Assembly: GCA_963762615.1 (NCBI GenBank)
Contig: CAVXLG010000017.1
Location: forward strand, 447,566-511,565
Length of the DNA stretch: 64,000 nucleotides
From: an uncultured Actinomycetes bacterium
GTDB lineage: Bacteria; Actinomycetota; Actinomycetes; Streptosporangiales; Streptosporangiaceae
Direction: 5' to 3'
In this document: positions 1-9,120 of the stretch, piece after piece
Layout: each line of letters opens with the position of its first letter
How positions within the stretch are numbered: the first letter of the stretch is position 1
The notes under the pieces: model-generated
What the model saw: the letters and a program-made list of their open reading frames with translations, nothing else
The model's database searches: none
Told to the model about the DNA's origin: nothing
Program-made: the position numbers and the translations under genes

Positions 1-392
1 ATGGCGGCGGCATCTCCTCATTCATCCACCTCGACGACGCCGCCGCAGCGACGGTGCTCGCCCTCGAACACGACGGGGGCGGCATCTACAACATCGTCGA
101 CGACGAGCCCGCTCCCATGAGCGAATGGCTGCCAGCGCTCGCGGCAGCGCTCGGCGCCAAGCCGCCCCGGCACGTCCCCCTGTGGCTCGCCGGGCTGATC
201 GCGGGCAGGGGCATGGTGATGATGGCCGTCGGATCCCGTGGCGCCTCGAACGCGAAGGCCAAGCGCGAGCTTGGCTGGACGCCGCGCTACCCCAGCTGGC
301 GACGAGGCTTCGCGGTCGCGTACGCGTCAGCGGCCCCGGCGGATGGACCCAATGCTCACCCGGCAGGCCGGACCGGCCACTCGCCGGCCTGA
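1..392 (+). CDS. NAD-dependent epimerase/dehydratase family protein, C-terminal part (5' end lies outside the window)
   Basis: Frame 3 is open from the window edge. FIHLDDAAAATVLALEHDGGGIYNIVDDEP and AKAKRELGWTPRYPSWRRGF are typical C-terminal blocks of SDR-type epimerases. Confidence 0.7.
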   Translation, partial: GGGISSFIHLDDAAAATVLALEHDGGGIYNIVDDEPAPMSEWLPALAAALGAKPPRHVPLWLAGLIAGRGMVMMAVGSRGASNAKAKRELGWTPRYPSWRRGFAVAYASAAPADGPNAHPAGRTGHSPA

Positions 393-547
393 GTGCCGCG
401 GCGTGGCCCGCAGGATTGAGGCATGATTCGGAACATGACGTTCGGCCTCAAATCCGGCGCGAGGGTCCCGGTGGACTGGCAGCCGGGACAACGGCCGCGG
501 TGCTGACCGACTGCCCCGCCGGACGTGAGCGATCATGACGGGAGGCG

Positions 548-1069
548 ATGAGCGTTGCCCAGCCTGACCGTGTAGTGGCCGAGCGTGTCGAGCTGCGGCA
601 AGTCCCGGCGGGGCTGGCACAGATCCTGGCCGGCCCGGACGCGGATGATCCTGGCTCGCGGTCCTGGGCGCGCGGCTACCCGCTGCCCGGAACCCGGGTG
701 GCCGCGCGGAATTTCGTGCGGCAGGCCGAGGCCGCCGGGGATGGCGGCAACAGCCAGTGGGGCATGTTCCAGATCATCTTGCGCGAGACCGGTGAGGTGA
801 TCGGCGACATCGGTTTCCACGGGCCGCCGGATGCGGCCGGGACGGTCGAGATCGGCTACAGCGTCGTCGAGCAGTACCGCGGGCGCGGCCTGGCGGGTGA
901 GTCGGCGGTAGCCATCTGCGGCCTGGCCTGGTCGCGGCCGGAGGTTACCAGGATCATCGCGCAGACCGAGGAGGGTAACGCGGCGTCGGCGGGCGTTCTG
1001 CGGCACGCGGGCTTCCGGGAGGACGGCGTCGCCGGCGGCCTGCGGAACTTCTCGCTGGATCGCCCGTAG
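548..1069 (+). CDS. GNAT family N-acetyltransferase (RimJ/RimL-like)
   Basis: 173-aa ORF. The acetyl-CoA binding core is VEIGYSVVEQYRGRGLAGESAVAICGLAW...AQTEEGNAASAGVLRHAGFRE. Confidence 0.8.
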   Translation: MSVAQPDRVVAERVELRQVPAGLAQILAGPDADDPGSRSWARGYPLPGTRVAARNFVRQAEAAGDGGNSQWGMFQIILRETGEVIGDIGFHGPPDAAGTVEIGYSVVEQYRGRGLAGESAVAICGLAWSRPEVTRIIAQTEEGNAASAGVLRHAGFREDGVAGGLRNFSLDRP

Positions 1070-1127
1070 CAGCCTGATCAACGGCGACGGGCTGCCGGGA
1101 GATTCGGAAGTCTGCTGTCGAGCTGGG

Positions 1128-1200
1128 AGCCGGCGAGGGGAATCGAACCCCTGACCTGCGGTTTACAAGACCGCCGCTCTGCCTTCTGAGCTACACCGGC
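1128..1200 (-). tRNA. tRNA-Thr (anticodon TGT)
   Basis: The reverse complement GCCGGTGTAGCTCAGAAGGCAGAGCGGCGGTCTTGTAAACCGCAGGTCAGGGGTTCGATTCCCCTCGCCGGCT folds as a cloverleaf. Acceptor stem is 7 bp, D stem GCTC/GAGC, anticodon stem GCGGT/ACCGC with loop CTTGTAA, T arm AGGGG-TTCGATT-CCCCT. CCA is not encoded. Confidence 0.9.
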
Positions 1201-1228
1201 ACGGGCAGCGCCATCGTAGCCGACTCGG

Positions 1229-2356
1229 TCAGCCGGCGGGCTTACCACGGCGGCGGGCGGCCTCGTACAGAGCGATGCCGGCCGCGACGCCCGCGTTCAG
1301 CGACTCCGCCGTCCCGATCGGTATCCGGGCGAGCAGGTCGCACCGCTCGGCGACCACCCGGGACAGTCCCCTGCCCTCCGAGCCGACGACGAGCACGAGC
1401 GGGCTTTCGGCGATCTCCATGTCGCTGATATCGGTCCCGCCGCCGGCGGCGAGGCCAGCCACGAACAGGCCGGCCTGCTGGTAGGCGGCCAGCGCGCGGG
1501 CCAGGTTCGGCACCCGGGCGACCGGCAGCCTGGCCAGCGTGCCGGCCGATGCTTTCCAGGCGCCTGCGGTCACGCTGGCGCTGCGCCGGCCGGGAATCAG
1601 CACGCCGTGGCCGCCGAACGCCGCCGCCGAGCGCACGATAGCGCCGAGGTTCCGCGGGTCGGTGACGCCGTCGAGCGCCACGATCAGCGGCGGCTGTCCG
1701 GCGTCGGCGGCCAGCGCGATGAGATCATCGGGGTGGGCGTACTGATACGGCCGGACGCGCAGCGCCAGGCCCTGGTGCACCGCTCCCTGGGTCAGCCGGT
1801 CCAGTTCGGCGCGGCCCGACTCGAGCACGGCCAGCCCGGCGTCGGCGGCAAGCTTCACGGCCGAGCTGATCCGGTCATCGGCGCCGGCCCGGTAGGCCAC
1901 ATACAGGGTCATTCCCGGCACGTTCGCTCGCAGCGCCTCGAGCACCGCGTTGCGCCCGGCCACCATTTCCGGCCCGTCGCCGTGCCGCGGCCCGTCGCCA
2001 TGCCGCGTGCCGCCGCTGCGCCGGGTGCCGCCGTCGGCGCGGCCGCCGTCGGGGCCGGGCCGGGCTGTGCCGCGGCCGCTTCGCGTGCCCCGGTCCGCCT
2101 CGGTGCGACCGGCTCCGTCGCCCCGGTCGCCTCCGTCACCGCGGGCGGCCGTTGCCTGCCGCGCCGCCCGCCGCTGCGCCGGGTGACCGGGCCGCAGGTG
2201 GGCCGGCGGAGTCGGGCCCTTGCCTTCCAGGCGGCGCCTGCCATGCCCGCCCGTACCCGGGCGGGGCTTTCCCTTCTTGGTGACCCCGCCGCGGCTTGCG
2301 CGGCGCGGCCCGGATCCCCCCGTCCCGCTGCTCCCGCTGCCTCCCGCGTCGGTCAC
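1229..2356 (-). CDS. rlmB: 23S rRNA (guanosine-2'-O)-methyltransferase RlmB (SpoU/TrmH family) with an Arg/Gly-rich N-terminal extension
   Basis: VAGRNAVLEALRA..., LDGVTDPRNLGAIVRSAAAFGGHGVLIP, LVVGSEGRGLSRVV...IPIGTAESLNAGVAAGIALYE. The GTGA start/stop overlaps cysS. Position downstream of cysS matches Mtb Rv3579c. Confidence 0.9.
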   Translation of the reverse strand: MTDAGGSGSSGTGGSGPRRASRGGVTKKGKPRPGTGGHGRRRLEGKGPTPPAHLRPGHPAQRRAARQATAARGDGGDRGDGAGRTEADRGTRSGRGTARPGPDGGRADGGTRRSGGTRHGDGPRHGDGPEMVAGRNAVLEALRANVPGMTLYVAYRAGADDRISSAVKLAADAGLAVLESGRAELDRLTQGAVHQGLALRVRPYQYAHPDDLIALAADAGQPPLIVALDGVTDPRNLGAIVRSAAAFGGHGVLIPGRRSASVTAGAWKASAGTLARLPVARVPNLARALAAYQQAGLFVAGLAAGGGTDISDMEIAESPLVLVVGSEGRGLSRVVAERCDLLARIPIGTAESLNAGVAAGIALYEAARRRGKPAG

Positions 2357-3782
2357 CGCTTGAGCTCCCAGCGTGATCCCTGCGGGGTGTCCTCGATAAG
2401 CACGCCGGCGGCACGCAGGTCATCGCGGATCGCGTCGGCCGCGCCGAAGTCCTTGCGCTCCCGGGCCGCCTGCCGCTGGGCGAGCGCCACGTGCACGAGC
2501 GCATCGACCACGCCGCGAAGGTCCCCGTCACGGTCGGCCGCGGACCACTGCCTGTCCAGCGGGTCGAGGCCCAGCACCCCGAGCATGGCTCGCAGCCGGG
2601 CCGCAGAATCCGGCGACGGCCACGCGGTCACCGGCGGCCAGCGCATTGTTGCCCTCCCTGAGCTCGGAGTGCACGACGGCAAGCGCCTGCGGGACGGCGA
2701 GGTCATCGTTGAGGGCCGCGGCGAAGGCCGCCGGCACGTCACCGGCCGTCGTCCCGGGCTGCGCGCCGTCCCGCGCCGCCGCATGCTCGCCGCCGGGCTC
2801 ACCGCTGACCTCGGCGGCCCGGATCACGAACCCCTCGATCCGCCGGTAGGTGGCAGCCGCCTCGGCCAGCGCCTCCGGCGAGAATTCAATCGTCGAGCGA
2901 TAGTGCGCCTGGCTCAGGTAGTAGCGCAGCTCGGCCGGCCGGACGCGCTCAAGCACCTCCCCCACCAGAAGGGAGTTGCCGAGCGACTTGCTCATCTTTT
3001 CCCCGGCCACGCCGACGAGCCCGTTATGCACCCAGCCGCGGGCGAACCCGTATCCAGCCGAACGAGACTGCGCGATCTCGTTCTCGTGATGCGGGAACAC
3101 CAGAATCCAGGCCGCCCCCGTGCAGGTCGAAGGTTTCGCCCAGGTATTTCAGGGCCATGGCCGAGCACTCCAGGTGCCAGCCGGGCCGCCCGGGTCCCCA
3201 CGGTGTCTCCCAGAAGGGCTCGCCTGGCTTGGCGCCCTTCCACAGGGCGAAGTCACGCGGATCCCGCTTGCCCGAAGCGCTGGAATCGTCTGCCGCCCGC
3301 ATCTGCTCCAGCCGCTGCCTGGAGAGCGCGCCGTACTGGGCATAGGAGTGGACGTCGAAGTAGACGTCGCCGCCGGCCGGGTACGCGTGCCCCCGCTCGA
3401 TCAGCCGGCGGATCATCGCGATCATCTCCGGCACGTGACCGGTGGCCCGCGGCTCGACATCTGGCGGCAGGCAGCCCAGCGCCTCGTAGGCGTGAGTGAA
3501 CGCGCGCAGGTTCCGCTCGGCCACCGCCCACCAGGGCACGCCCTCACGGTCGGCAACCTGAAGAATCTTGTCGTCGATGTCGGTGACATTCCGGCAGAAC
3601 GTCACCTGATAGCCGCTGGCCCGCAGCCACCGCACCAGGATGTCGAAACAGATGCCCGACCGGACGTGGCCGATGTGCGGCGGCGCCTGGACCGTGGCGC
3701 CGCACAAGTACAAGGACACCGCGCCGGGGACGATCGGGCGGAGTTCGCGAACCGTCCGCGTGGCGGTGTCATGCAGGCGCAT
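2353..3782 (-). pseudogene. cysS: cysteine--tRNA ligase, interrupted by two 1-nt insertions (three reading frames); may be an assembly error
   Basis: Three overlapping ORFs (3024-3794, 2528-3100, 2353-2802) together give a full CysS: [19 protein letters not shown]|(L)[20 protein letters not shown], and the C-terminal DALV...RKDFGAADAIRDDLRAAGVLIEDTPQGSRWELK. Frame breaks are at plus-strand CAGAATCC 3101-3108 and 2604-2611. The likely ATG is at 3782 (alternative GTG at 3794). Confidence 0.9.
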
Positions 3783-3997
3783 GCTCACCCGCACAGGCTA
3801 CGGGATCGGGCACGGCCATGCGCCGCCGCGCGGCGGCTGACGCATGGCCGGCGCGGCGGCCCGGGAGGCGAAGGCCAGGCACGTCGTGGCGGTATCAACG
3901 CCCCGCCATCGCGCGCCGGGCTTCGGGAACCGGTCGGCGCCGGCAGGCCCGCCGCCGCGCAACTTGCGGCCCTTCCCGGTGCGCTAAGCCCGATGCG

Positions 3998-4510
3998 CTA
4001 ACCGCGATACGCGCCAACGCCGGCCGGGATGACCAGAGCCACCGCGATGGCCGCCAGGCCTTCGCCTCGCCCGGTGAGGCCCAGGCCGTCCGTCGTGGTG
4101 GCGGACACGCTGACCGGGGCACCGTCCAGCGCCTCGGTCAGCACCTTCTCCGCCTCCTCGCGGCGCGGCGCTATCTTCGGTGAATTGCCGATGACCTGGA
4201 TGGACACGTTGCCGATCGCGAATCCCGCCGCGGCCACGAGTCGTGCCGTCTCGCCCAGCAGCGCCGGGCCGGACGCTCCGGCCCATTCCGGCCGGGCGGT
4301 CCCGAAATTCACGCCGAGGTCGCCGAGTCCGGCCGCGGACAGCAGCGCATCACACGCGGCGTGAGCGGCCACGTCTCCGTCGGAATGCCCCGTGAGCCCG
4401 ATCTCGCCCGGCCAGAGCAGCCCGGCCAGGCGCAGCGGACGGCCCTCCGTGAAGGGATGCACGTCCGCGGCCACGCCTACCCGGGGCGGGATGAATTTCT
4501 CCGCAGGCAC
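3998..4510 (-). CDS. ispF: 2-C-methyl-D-erythritol 2,4-cyclodiphosphate synthase
   Basis: [11 protein letters not shown]...[26 protein letters not shown]...[24 protein letters not shown]. Lies between carD and cysS as in other actinobacteria. Confidence 0.9.
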   Translation of the reverse strand: MPAEKFIPPRVGVAADVHPFTEGRPLRLAGLLWPGEIGLTGHSDGDVAAHAACDALLSAAGLGDLGVNFGTARPEWAGASGPALLGETARLVAAAGFAIGNVSIQVIGNSPKIAPRREEAEKVLTEALDGAPVSVSATTTDGLGLTGRGEGLAAIAVALVIPAGVGAYRG

Positions 4511-4531
4511 CGCCAGCGCCCGGCGGCGGCG

Positions 4532-5014
4532 TCAGCCGACCAGGACCTCGTCGAGCAGTGCCTCGGCCTTGTCCTCGTTCGTCTTCTCGGCCAGCGCAAG
4601 CTCGCTCACCAGAATCTGCCGCGCCTTGGCCAGCATGCGCTTCTCGCCGGCCGAAAGCCCGCGCTCCTTGTCCCGGCGCCACAGATCGCGGACGACCTCG
4701 GCTACCTTGTTCACATCACCGGACGCGAGCTTCTCAAGGTTTGCCTTGTACCTGCGGGACCAGTTGGTGGGCTCTTCGGTATGCGGGGCACGTAGTACCT
4801 CGAAGACCCGCTCGAGACCCTCCTGCCCGACCACGTCCCTGACTCCGACGAGCTCGGCATTGTCCGCTGGCACGCGTACGGTCAAGTCGCCCTTGTCGAC
4901 CTTGAGGACGAGATAAATCCTTTCCTCGCCCTTGATCGTGCGGTTCTCGACAGCCTCGATGCGAGCGGCCCCATGGTGGGGGTAGACGACCGTGTCGCCG
5001 ACCTTGAATGACAT
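4532..5014 (-). CDS. carD: CarD family RNA polymerase-binding transcriptional regulator
   Basis: [39 protein letters not shown]...[18 protein letters not shown]...[23 protein letters not shown]. Start is placed at the internal ATG 5014 that gives the canonical N-terminus. Confidence 0.9.
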   Translation of the reverse strand: MSFKVGDTVVYPHHGAARIEAVENRTIKGEERIYLVLKVDKGDLTVRVPADNAELVGVRDVVGQEGLERVFEVLRAPHTEEPTNWSRRYKANLEKLASGDVNKVAEVVRDLWRRDKERGLSAGEKRMLAKARQILVSELALAEKTNEDKAEALLDEVLVG

Positions 5015-5043
5015 GTGGCAAGTACCCCTTCCGCTGTTAATCA

Positions 5044-5071
5044 TGATAGCACGAGCAGCGGGGTTAACAAA
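5044..5071 (-). promoter_or_regulatory. candidate sigma-A type promoter of carD (TTGTTA-N16-TATCAT)
   Basis: On the minus strand, TTGTTA (5071-5066), a 16-nt spacer and TATCAT (5049-5044) sit about 30 nt upstream of the carD ATG in a locally AT-rich stretch. Confidence 0.4.
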
Positions 5072-5317
5072 GCCTTCACTTCAATGAAAGTGCAGGTCAG
5101 AGAGCTAATTTAGGCCGGGGGAAGGGTGGCAGGCGGCCATCTCGTCGGCTGGGGAGCCCCCGTTGCCGCCGCTGGGATGCCACCCGGCGGCACGCTGCGA
5201 GCGGGTGGCCGCGGGCCGGCCGCAGCCTGCCGGAACGGCCGCGCGCGGTGTTTCGCCGGGCGCGGCGAGCCTCGCTCCGGTGATGCATGAGGGTTCGGCG
5301 GAGATCATCGAACCCCG

Positions 5318-6169
5318 GTGGCCATAGCTGGCTCCCGGCTGGCACATACTGGAGAGAAGGTGGCCGCTCACGCGGAAGAGGTGTGCGTGGACCCAGGCAG
5401 CGACCCCGGCCGGGACGACTACGGGCTCCCTCCGGCCGACATAGAGATCCCCGACGATGCCAGGGATCTGGACCGTGATGTCCAGGCGTATTACCGGGAG
5501 CTACGGGCCCGGCGGCGGCATATGCGTGTCCGGCGGATGACCGGCCCGCTGACCCGGCACGGCATGGTCCTCCCCCTGGTCGCGGCCTGCCTGGCGCTGA
5601 CCCTGCTGACCGGCACCCTGCTCACCGTGCTGGCCGGCCGCCAGGTCTTGCCGCGGCCCGGCCGGGTGCCGTCGGGCGCGGCGCAGCGGGCACCGTCTGA
5701 GCCAGGCCGGGGACAGCAGCTACCAGACGCCCAGGTGCTCCTGGACGGCCGGGACGTCGGGCTGCGCAGCCTCGCCCCGGCCGTGCTGGCCTGGGTACCG
5801 GCCGGCTGTACCGCATGCAGTGCGGTGCTCAGGCAACTGGCCAGCCGGACCGCCCGGGCAGGTTTGCCGATCTACTTCGTCGGCACCGACCGGGCCGCGC
5901 AGGATCTGAAGCTGCTCGCCCAGCAGGCCGGGCCCGCGTACCGCCACCATGTGGTCAGTGACCCGACCGACGCGCTGGCCCTCGCCTACGGCCCGGTGCG
6001 CGTGACCGCGATCCTCGCGCATCGCGACTACACGGTGGACGTGGTACGCCAGCTGCCTTCGGCCTCGGCGCTGCAGCAGTTCACCGACGGGCTGCACGCG
6101 CTTGCTGCCTCGAACGAGGGATCCCCGGCCGGCGCGCCGGCCGGGGCACCGGCACCGCACGCTACCTAG
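5318..6169 (+). CDS. hypothetical membrane-anchored protein with a thioredoxin/TlpA-like CxxC region
   Basis: One TM segment (GMVLPLVAACLALTLLTGTLLTVLAG) is followed by LAWVPAGCTACSAVLRQL...IYFVGTD. The start is uncertain (alternative GTG at 5360 after GGAGAG). Confidence 0.45.
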   Translation: MAIAGSRLAHTGEKVAAHAEEVCVDPGSDPGRDDYGLPPADIEIPDDARDLDRDVQAYYRELRARRRHMRVRRMTGPLTRHGMVLPLVAACLALTLLTGTLLTVLAGRQVLPRPGRVPSGAAQRAPSEPGRGQQLPDAQVLLDGRDVGLRSLAPAVLAWVPAGCTACSAVLRQLASRTARAGLPIYFVGTDRAAQDLKLLAQQAGPAYRHHVVSDPTDALALAYGPVRVTAILAHRDYTVDVVRQLPSASALQQFTDGLHALAASNEGSPAGAPAGAPAPHAT

Positions 6170-6454
6170 ACCGCCCGGCTATCGGGCGCTGACCCTGCCG
6201 CCGGCGTTCGGCGGCCCGGCGCACAGCGGCGTCCGGGCAATACCTGGCGAGGCCCGGGCAGCGAGTCAGCCTTGGATTTGGCTGGCGACCGACGAGACCG
6301 CCCGCCGGGCAGCCTGGGCGCCGCGAGCCCGGCAGTCCCCGTGCCGGGCGCTGTTGACCGCGGGCGCGGTGGGCCGGCGGTCTGGCCGGCCGGGGCGACC
6401 GCTACGCTGTGCGTCGTTCCGGTTCCCCGTCATGGAATCCGAGGAGAGCACCCA

Positions 6455-7054
6455 GTGAGCCGAAGCCGCCGGGCATTCGCGCCCACCGGCCGCCTCGCCG
6501 CCGTGGTCGCCGCGGCCTGCCTGGCCGTCGGGGTGGCCGCCTGCGATGCCGGCAACAACGCCCCGACCCTCACCCAGAACCACCCGGCCAGCGACGGGAT
6601 TGACACCGTCGTGCACGGAATTGACATCAGGGACGCGTTCGTGCTCGGGCCACCGATCGGGTCGTCGCTCGCCGTCGGCAAGTCCGCGGGGCTTTTCATC
6701 GCGCTGTTCAACAGGGGCAGCCCGGACAGGCTGGTCACCGCGAGCGCCCCGGCCACCGCGACATCGGTCAAGCTTCCGCCGGGCGGGATCGACCTGCCGA
6801 GCCAGCAGCCGGTCTACCTGACCGGCCCGGTCCCCCGGATCGTGCTGACCGGCCTCACCCATCCGCTGACCGGCGGAGGGTCGGTCCTCATCACGCTCGG
6901 CTTCCAGAAGGCGGGAAGCATCAGGGTGAACGTGCCGGTCCTGCCGCGCACCGACTCATTCGACACGTTCTTGCCCCCGCCGGCACCCACGCCGACGGCG
7001 TCAGGGAAGCCTGTGATCGCGACCGGCTCGCCTTCGCCGTCGGCCACCCCGTAG
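6455..7054 (+). CDS. secreted lipoprotein (beta-sandwich, PCuAC/DUF461-like, but no Met/His copper motif seen)
   Basis: GTG at 6455 is preceded by GAGGAGAG. Signal peptide with lipobox LAVGVAAC. Pro/Ser/Thr-rich C-terminal tail. Confidence 0.6.
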   Translation: MSRSRRAFAPTGRLAAVVAAACLAVGVAACDAGNNAPTLTQNHPASDGIDTVVHGIDIRDAFVLGPPIGSSLAVGKSAGLFIALFNRGSPDRLVTASAPATATSVKLPPGGIDLPSQQPVYLTGPVPRIVLTGLTHPLTGGGSVLITLGFQKAGSIRVNVPVLPRTDSFDTFLPPPAPTPTASGKPVIATGSPSPSATP

Positions 7055-7081
7055 CGGATTCGGCCGGTCGGGACCGCCGGG

Positions 7082-7768
7082 TCAGCCGACCGGCTCGAAC
7101 TTGTACCCCAGCCCGCGGACGGTGACGATATGCCGCGGGCTGGCCGGATCGGCCTCGATCTTCGCCCGCAGCCGCTTGACATGAACATCGAGCGTCTTGG
7201 TATCGCCGACGTAGTCCGCGCCCCACACCCGGTCGATCAGCTGCATTCTGGTGAGCACCCGCCCGGCATTGCGCAGCAGCACCTCGAGCAGCTCGAACTC
7301 CTTCAGCGGAAGCTGTATCTGCTCGCTCCGCACCGTCACCACGTGCCGGTCGACATCCATCCGGACGGGCCCGGACTCCAGGATCGACGCGGCCTGCTCG
7401 TCCGCTTCGCCACGCCGCCGCAGTACGGCGCGCATCCTGGCGACAAGCTCGCGAGAGGAGAACGGCTTGGTGACGTAGTCGTCCGCGCCGAGCTCAAGTC
7501 CGACGACCTTGTCGATCTCGCTGTCCTTGGCGGTCAGCATGATCACCGGCACGTTCGACTTTTCCCTGAGCGTGCGGCATACCTCGCTGCCCGGCAGCCC
7601 GGGCAGCATGAGATCCAGCAGTACCAGATCCGCCCCGCTGCGATCGAACGACTCGAGGGCATCCGGGCCTGTGGGACAGACCGCCACCTCGAACCCCTCC
7701 TTGCGGAGCATGTAGGACAGGGCGTCGCTGAACGACTCCTCGTCCTCCACCACCAGCACGCGTGTCAC
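7082..7768 (-). CDS. regX3: OmpR-family response regulator RegX3
   Basis: MTRVLVVEDEESFSDAL...DLVLLDLMLPGLPG...GADDYVTKPFSSRELVARMRAVLRR...RHIVTVRGLGYKF. Overlaps the senX3 stop by 4 bp. gpmA-senX3-regX3 order as in Mtb Rv0489-0491. Confidence 0.9.
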   Translation of the reverse strand: MTRVLVVEDEESFSDALSYMLRKEGFEVAVCPTGPDALESFDRSGADLVLLDLMLPGLPGSEVCRTLREKSNVPVIMLTAKDSEIDKVVGLELGADDYVTKPFSSRELVARMRAVLRRRGEADEQAASILESGPVRMDVDRHVVTVRSEQIQLPLKEFELLEVLLRNAGRVLTRMQLIDRVWGADYVGDTKTLDVHVKRLRAKIEADPASPRHIVTVRGLGYKFEPVG

Positions 7769-8928
7769 GGAACTGCCTCCCTGGAGGGTTGCGGTACGGG
7801 CGGAGCCTGGCTGGCTTCGAAGGCGGCGGGCACCGGCCGCAGCGGAAGCCGCAGCGTGAAGGTCGATCCGGCGCCCGCCTTGCTCCAGACCGTCACGTGA
7901 CCGCCGTGCGCGGAAGTGACGTGCTTGACGATGGCGAGTCCGAGCCCGGTCCCGCCGGTGGCGCGGGATCTGGCCGGGTCGACGCGGTAGAACCGCTCGA
8001 ATATCCGCTCCCGGTCCCGCTCCGGGATCCCGATGCCCTGGTCGGCCACGCTGATCTCCACGGTGTGCTCGGCCCCCCGCCTGGTGACCACCAGGACGCG
8101 GGTGTGCTCCGGGCTGTAGTTGACCGCATTCTCCAGCAGGTTGCGCAGCGCGGTGATGAGCAGATCCTCGTCACCGAGCACGACCAGGCCGGCGTCGGCG
8201 GTCTCCTCGACCAGGTCGATCCCGCGGGCGCCCGCCTTCATCCGGCACCGGTCCAGCGCCTCGGCGATCACCGCGTCGAGCTTGACCGGGGCGGGATCGG
8301 GCACCGGCTCGGCCGCCTGGATCCTGGACAGCGTGATCAGGTCCTTCACCAGGCTGGTGAGCCGGGACGCCTCGTAACGCATGCGGCCGGCGAAACGCCG
8401 GACGGCCTCCGGGTCATCGGCGGCGTCCTCGACCGTCTCGGCCAGCAGGGCCAGGGCCCCGACCGGGGTCTTCAGCTCGTGGCTGACGTTGGCGACGAAG
8501 TCTCGCCTGACCTCTTCCACCCGCCTGCTCTCGGTCTGGTCCTCGGCCAGCACCAGCACCAGGCCGCCGCCCCCGTCAGCCGCGCCGAGCGGGGCGCCGA
8601 GCGGGGCGACGCGAACCGCGAAACTGGTCGTGCGGTCGCCGTGCTTGTGATCAGAGACCTCGATCTCGCCCTCGCGGATCTCACCGTCCCTGCGCACCTG
8701 CCTGGCCAGCGCGAGCAGCTCGCCGACGAGCAGCCGGTCGCCCTTGACGAGCCCGAACGCGCGCGCCGCCGAGCTCGCGCGCAGCACTCGGTCCTCGCTG
8801 TCGAGAACCACTGCGGAGGAGGAGAGAACGGAGAGAACGGAGGCTATCCCGGCCGGGAGCCGGGCGGGCTGCGGGCTGGCCGCTCGCGCCTCACGCGTTC
8901 CCTCACCGGTGCGGATCTTCATGGCCAA
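7765..8928 (-). CDS. senX3: sensor histidine kinase SenX3
   Basis: H-box FVANVSHELKTPVGAL, N-box LRNLLENAVNYSP, G-boxes VADQGIGIP and GTGLGLAIVKHV. Confidence 0.9.
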   Translation of the reverse strand: MAMKIRTGEGTREARAASPQPARLPAGIASVLSVLSSSAVVLDSEDRVLRASSAARAFGLVKGDRLLVGELLALARQVRRDGEIREGEIEVSDHKHGDRTTSFAVRVAPLGAPLGAADGGGGLVLVLAEDQTESRRVEEVRRDFVANVSHELKTPVGALALLAETVEDAADDPEAVRRFAGRMRYEASRLTSLVKDLITLSRIQAAEPVPDPAPVKLDAVIAEALDRCRMKAGARGIDLVEETADAGLVVLGDEDLLITALRNLLENAVNYSPEHTRVLVVTRRGAEHTVEISVADQGIGIPERDRERIFERFYRVDPARSRATGGTGLGLAIVKHVTSAHGGHVTVWSKAGAGSTFTLRLPLRPVPAAFEASQAPPVPQPSREAVP

Positions 8929-9120
8929 GGCGGCTCCCGTCGCCAGGCCGTCGAGCGCGGTACGCCGACGACCACCTCAACACCGACGCTTAGATCGTAT
9001 GCGCCCCTGCTCAGCAGGCCACAGGAGCATATGCCACGTCGAGGCTCTTTCCGTAATGTTCACGTAGCGGATGAACCAGCTTCATCCACGTTCTGCCCTG
9101 CGGGCACCGGAAATAAAGGC

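Noticed and set aside
1081-1228. Integrative element at tRNA-Thr
   Set aside because: No integrase is present, I saw no repeat of the tRNA 3' end, and both flanks are conserved core genes.
2604-3108. Programmed +1 ribosomal frameshifting at GGAUUCUG
   Set aside because: The octamer is in different codon phases at the cysS sites (and in cysS site 2 compared with the BldG-like gene). No slippery P-site re-pairing is evident. The same octamer at 23070-23077 is read straight through in the kdpD-like gene. A DNA-level or read-level cause fits better.
1607-3499. 630-aa ORF on the plus strand across rlmB/cysS
   Set aside because: It is antisense to two well-supported genes. The composition is Arg/Pro/Ala/Gly-rich, typical of GC-shadow frames, and no recognisable domain is present.
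6272-6454. Upstream extension of the lipoprotein ORF (260-aa version)
   Set aside because: The extension is Arg/Pro-rich with no signal-peptide logic. GTG at 6455 with GAGGAGAG upstream gives a canonical lipoprotein signal peptide.
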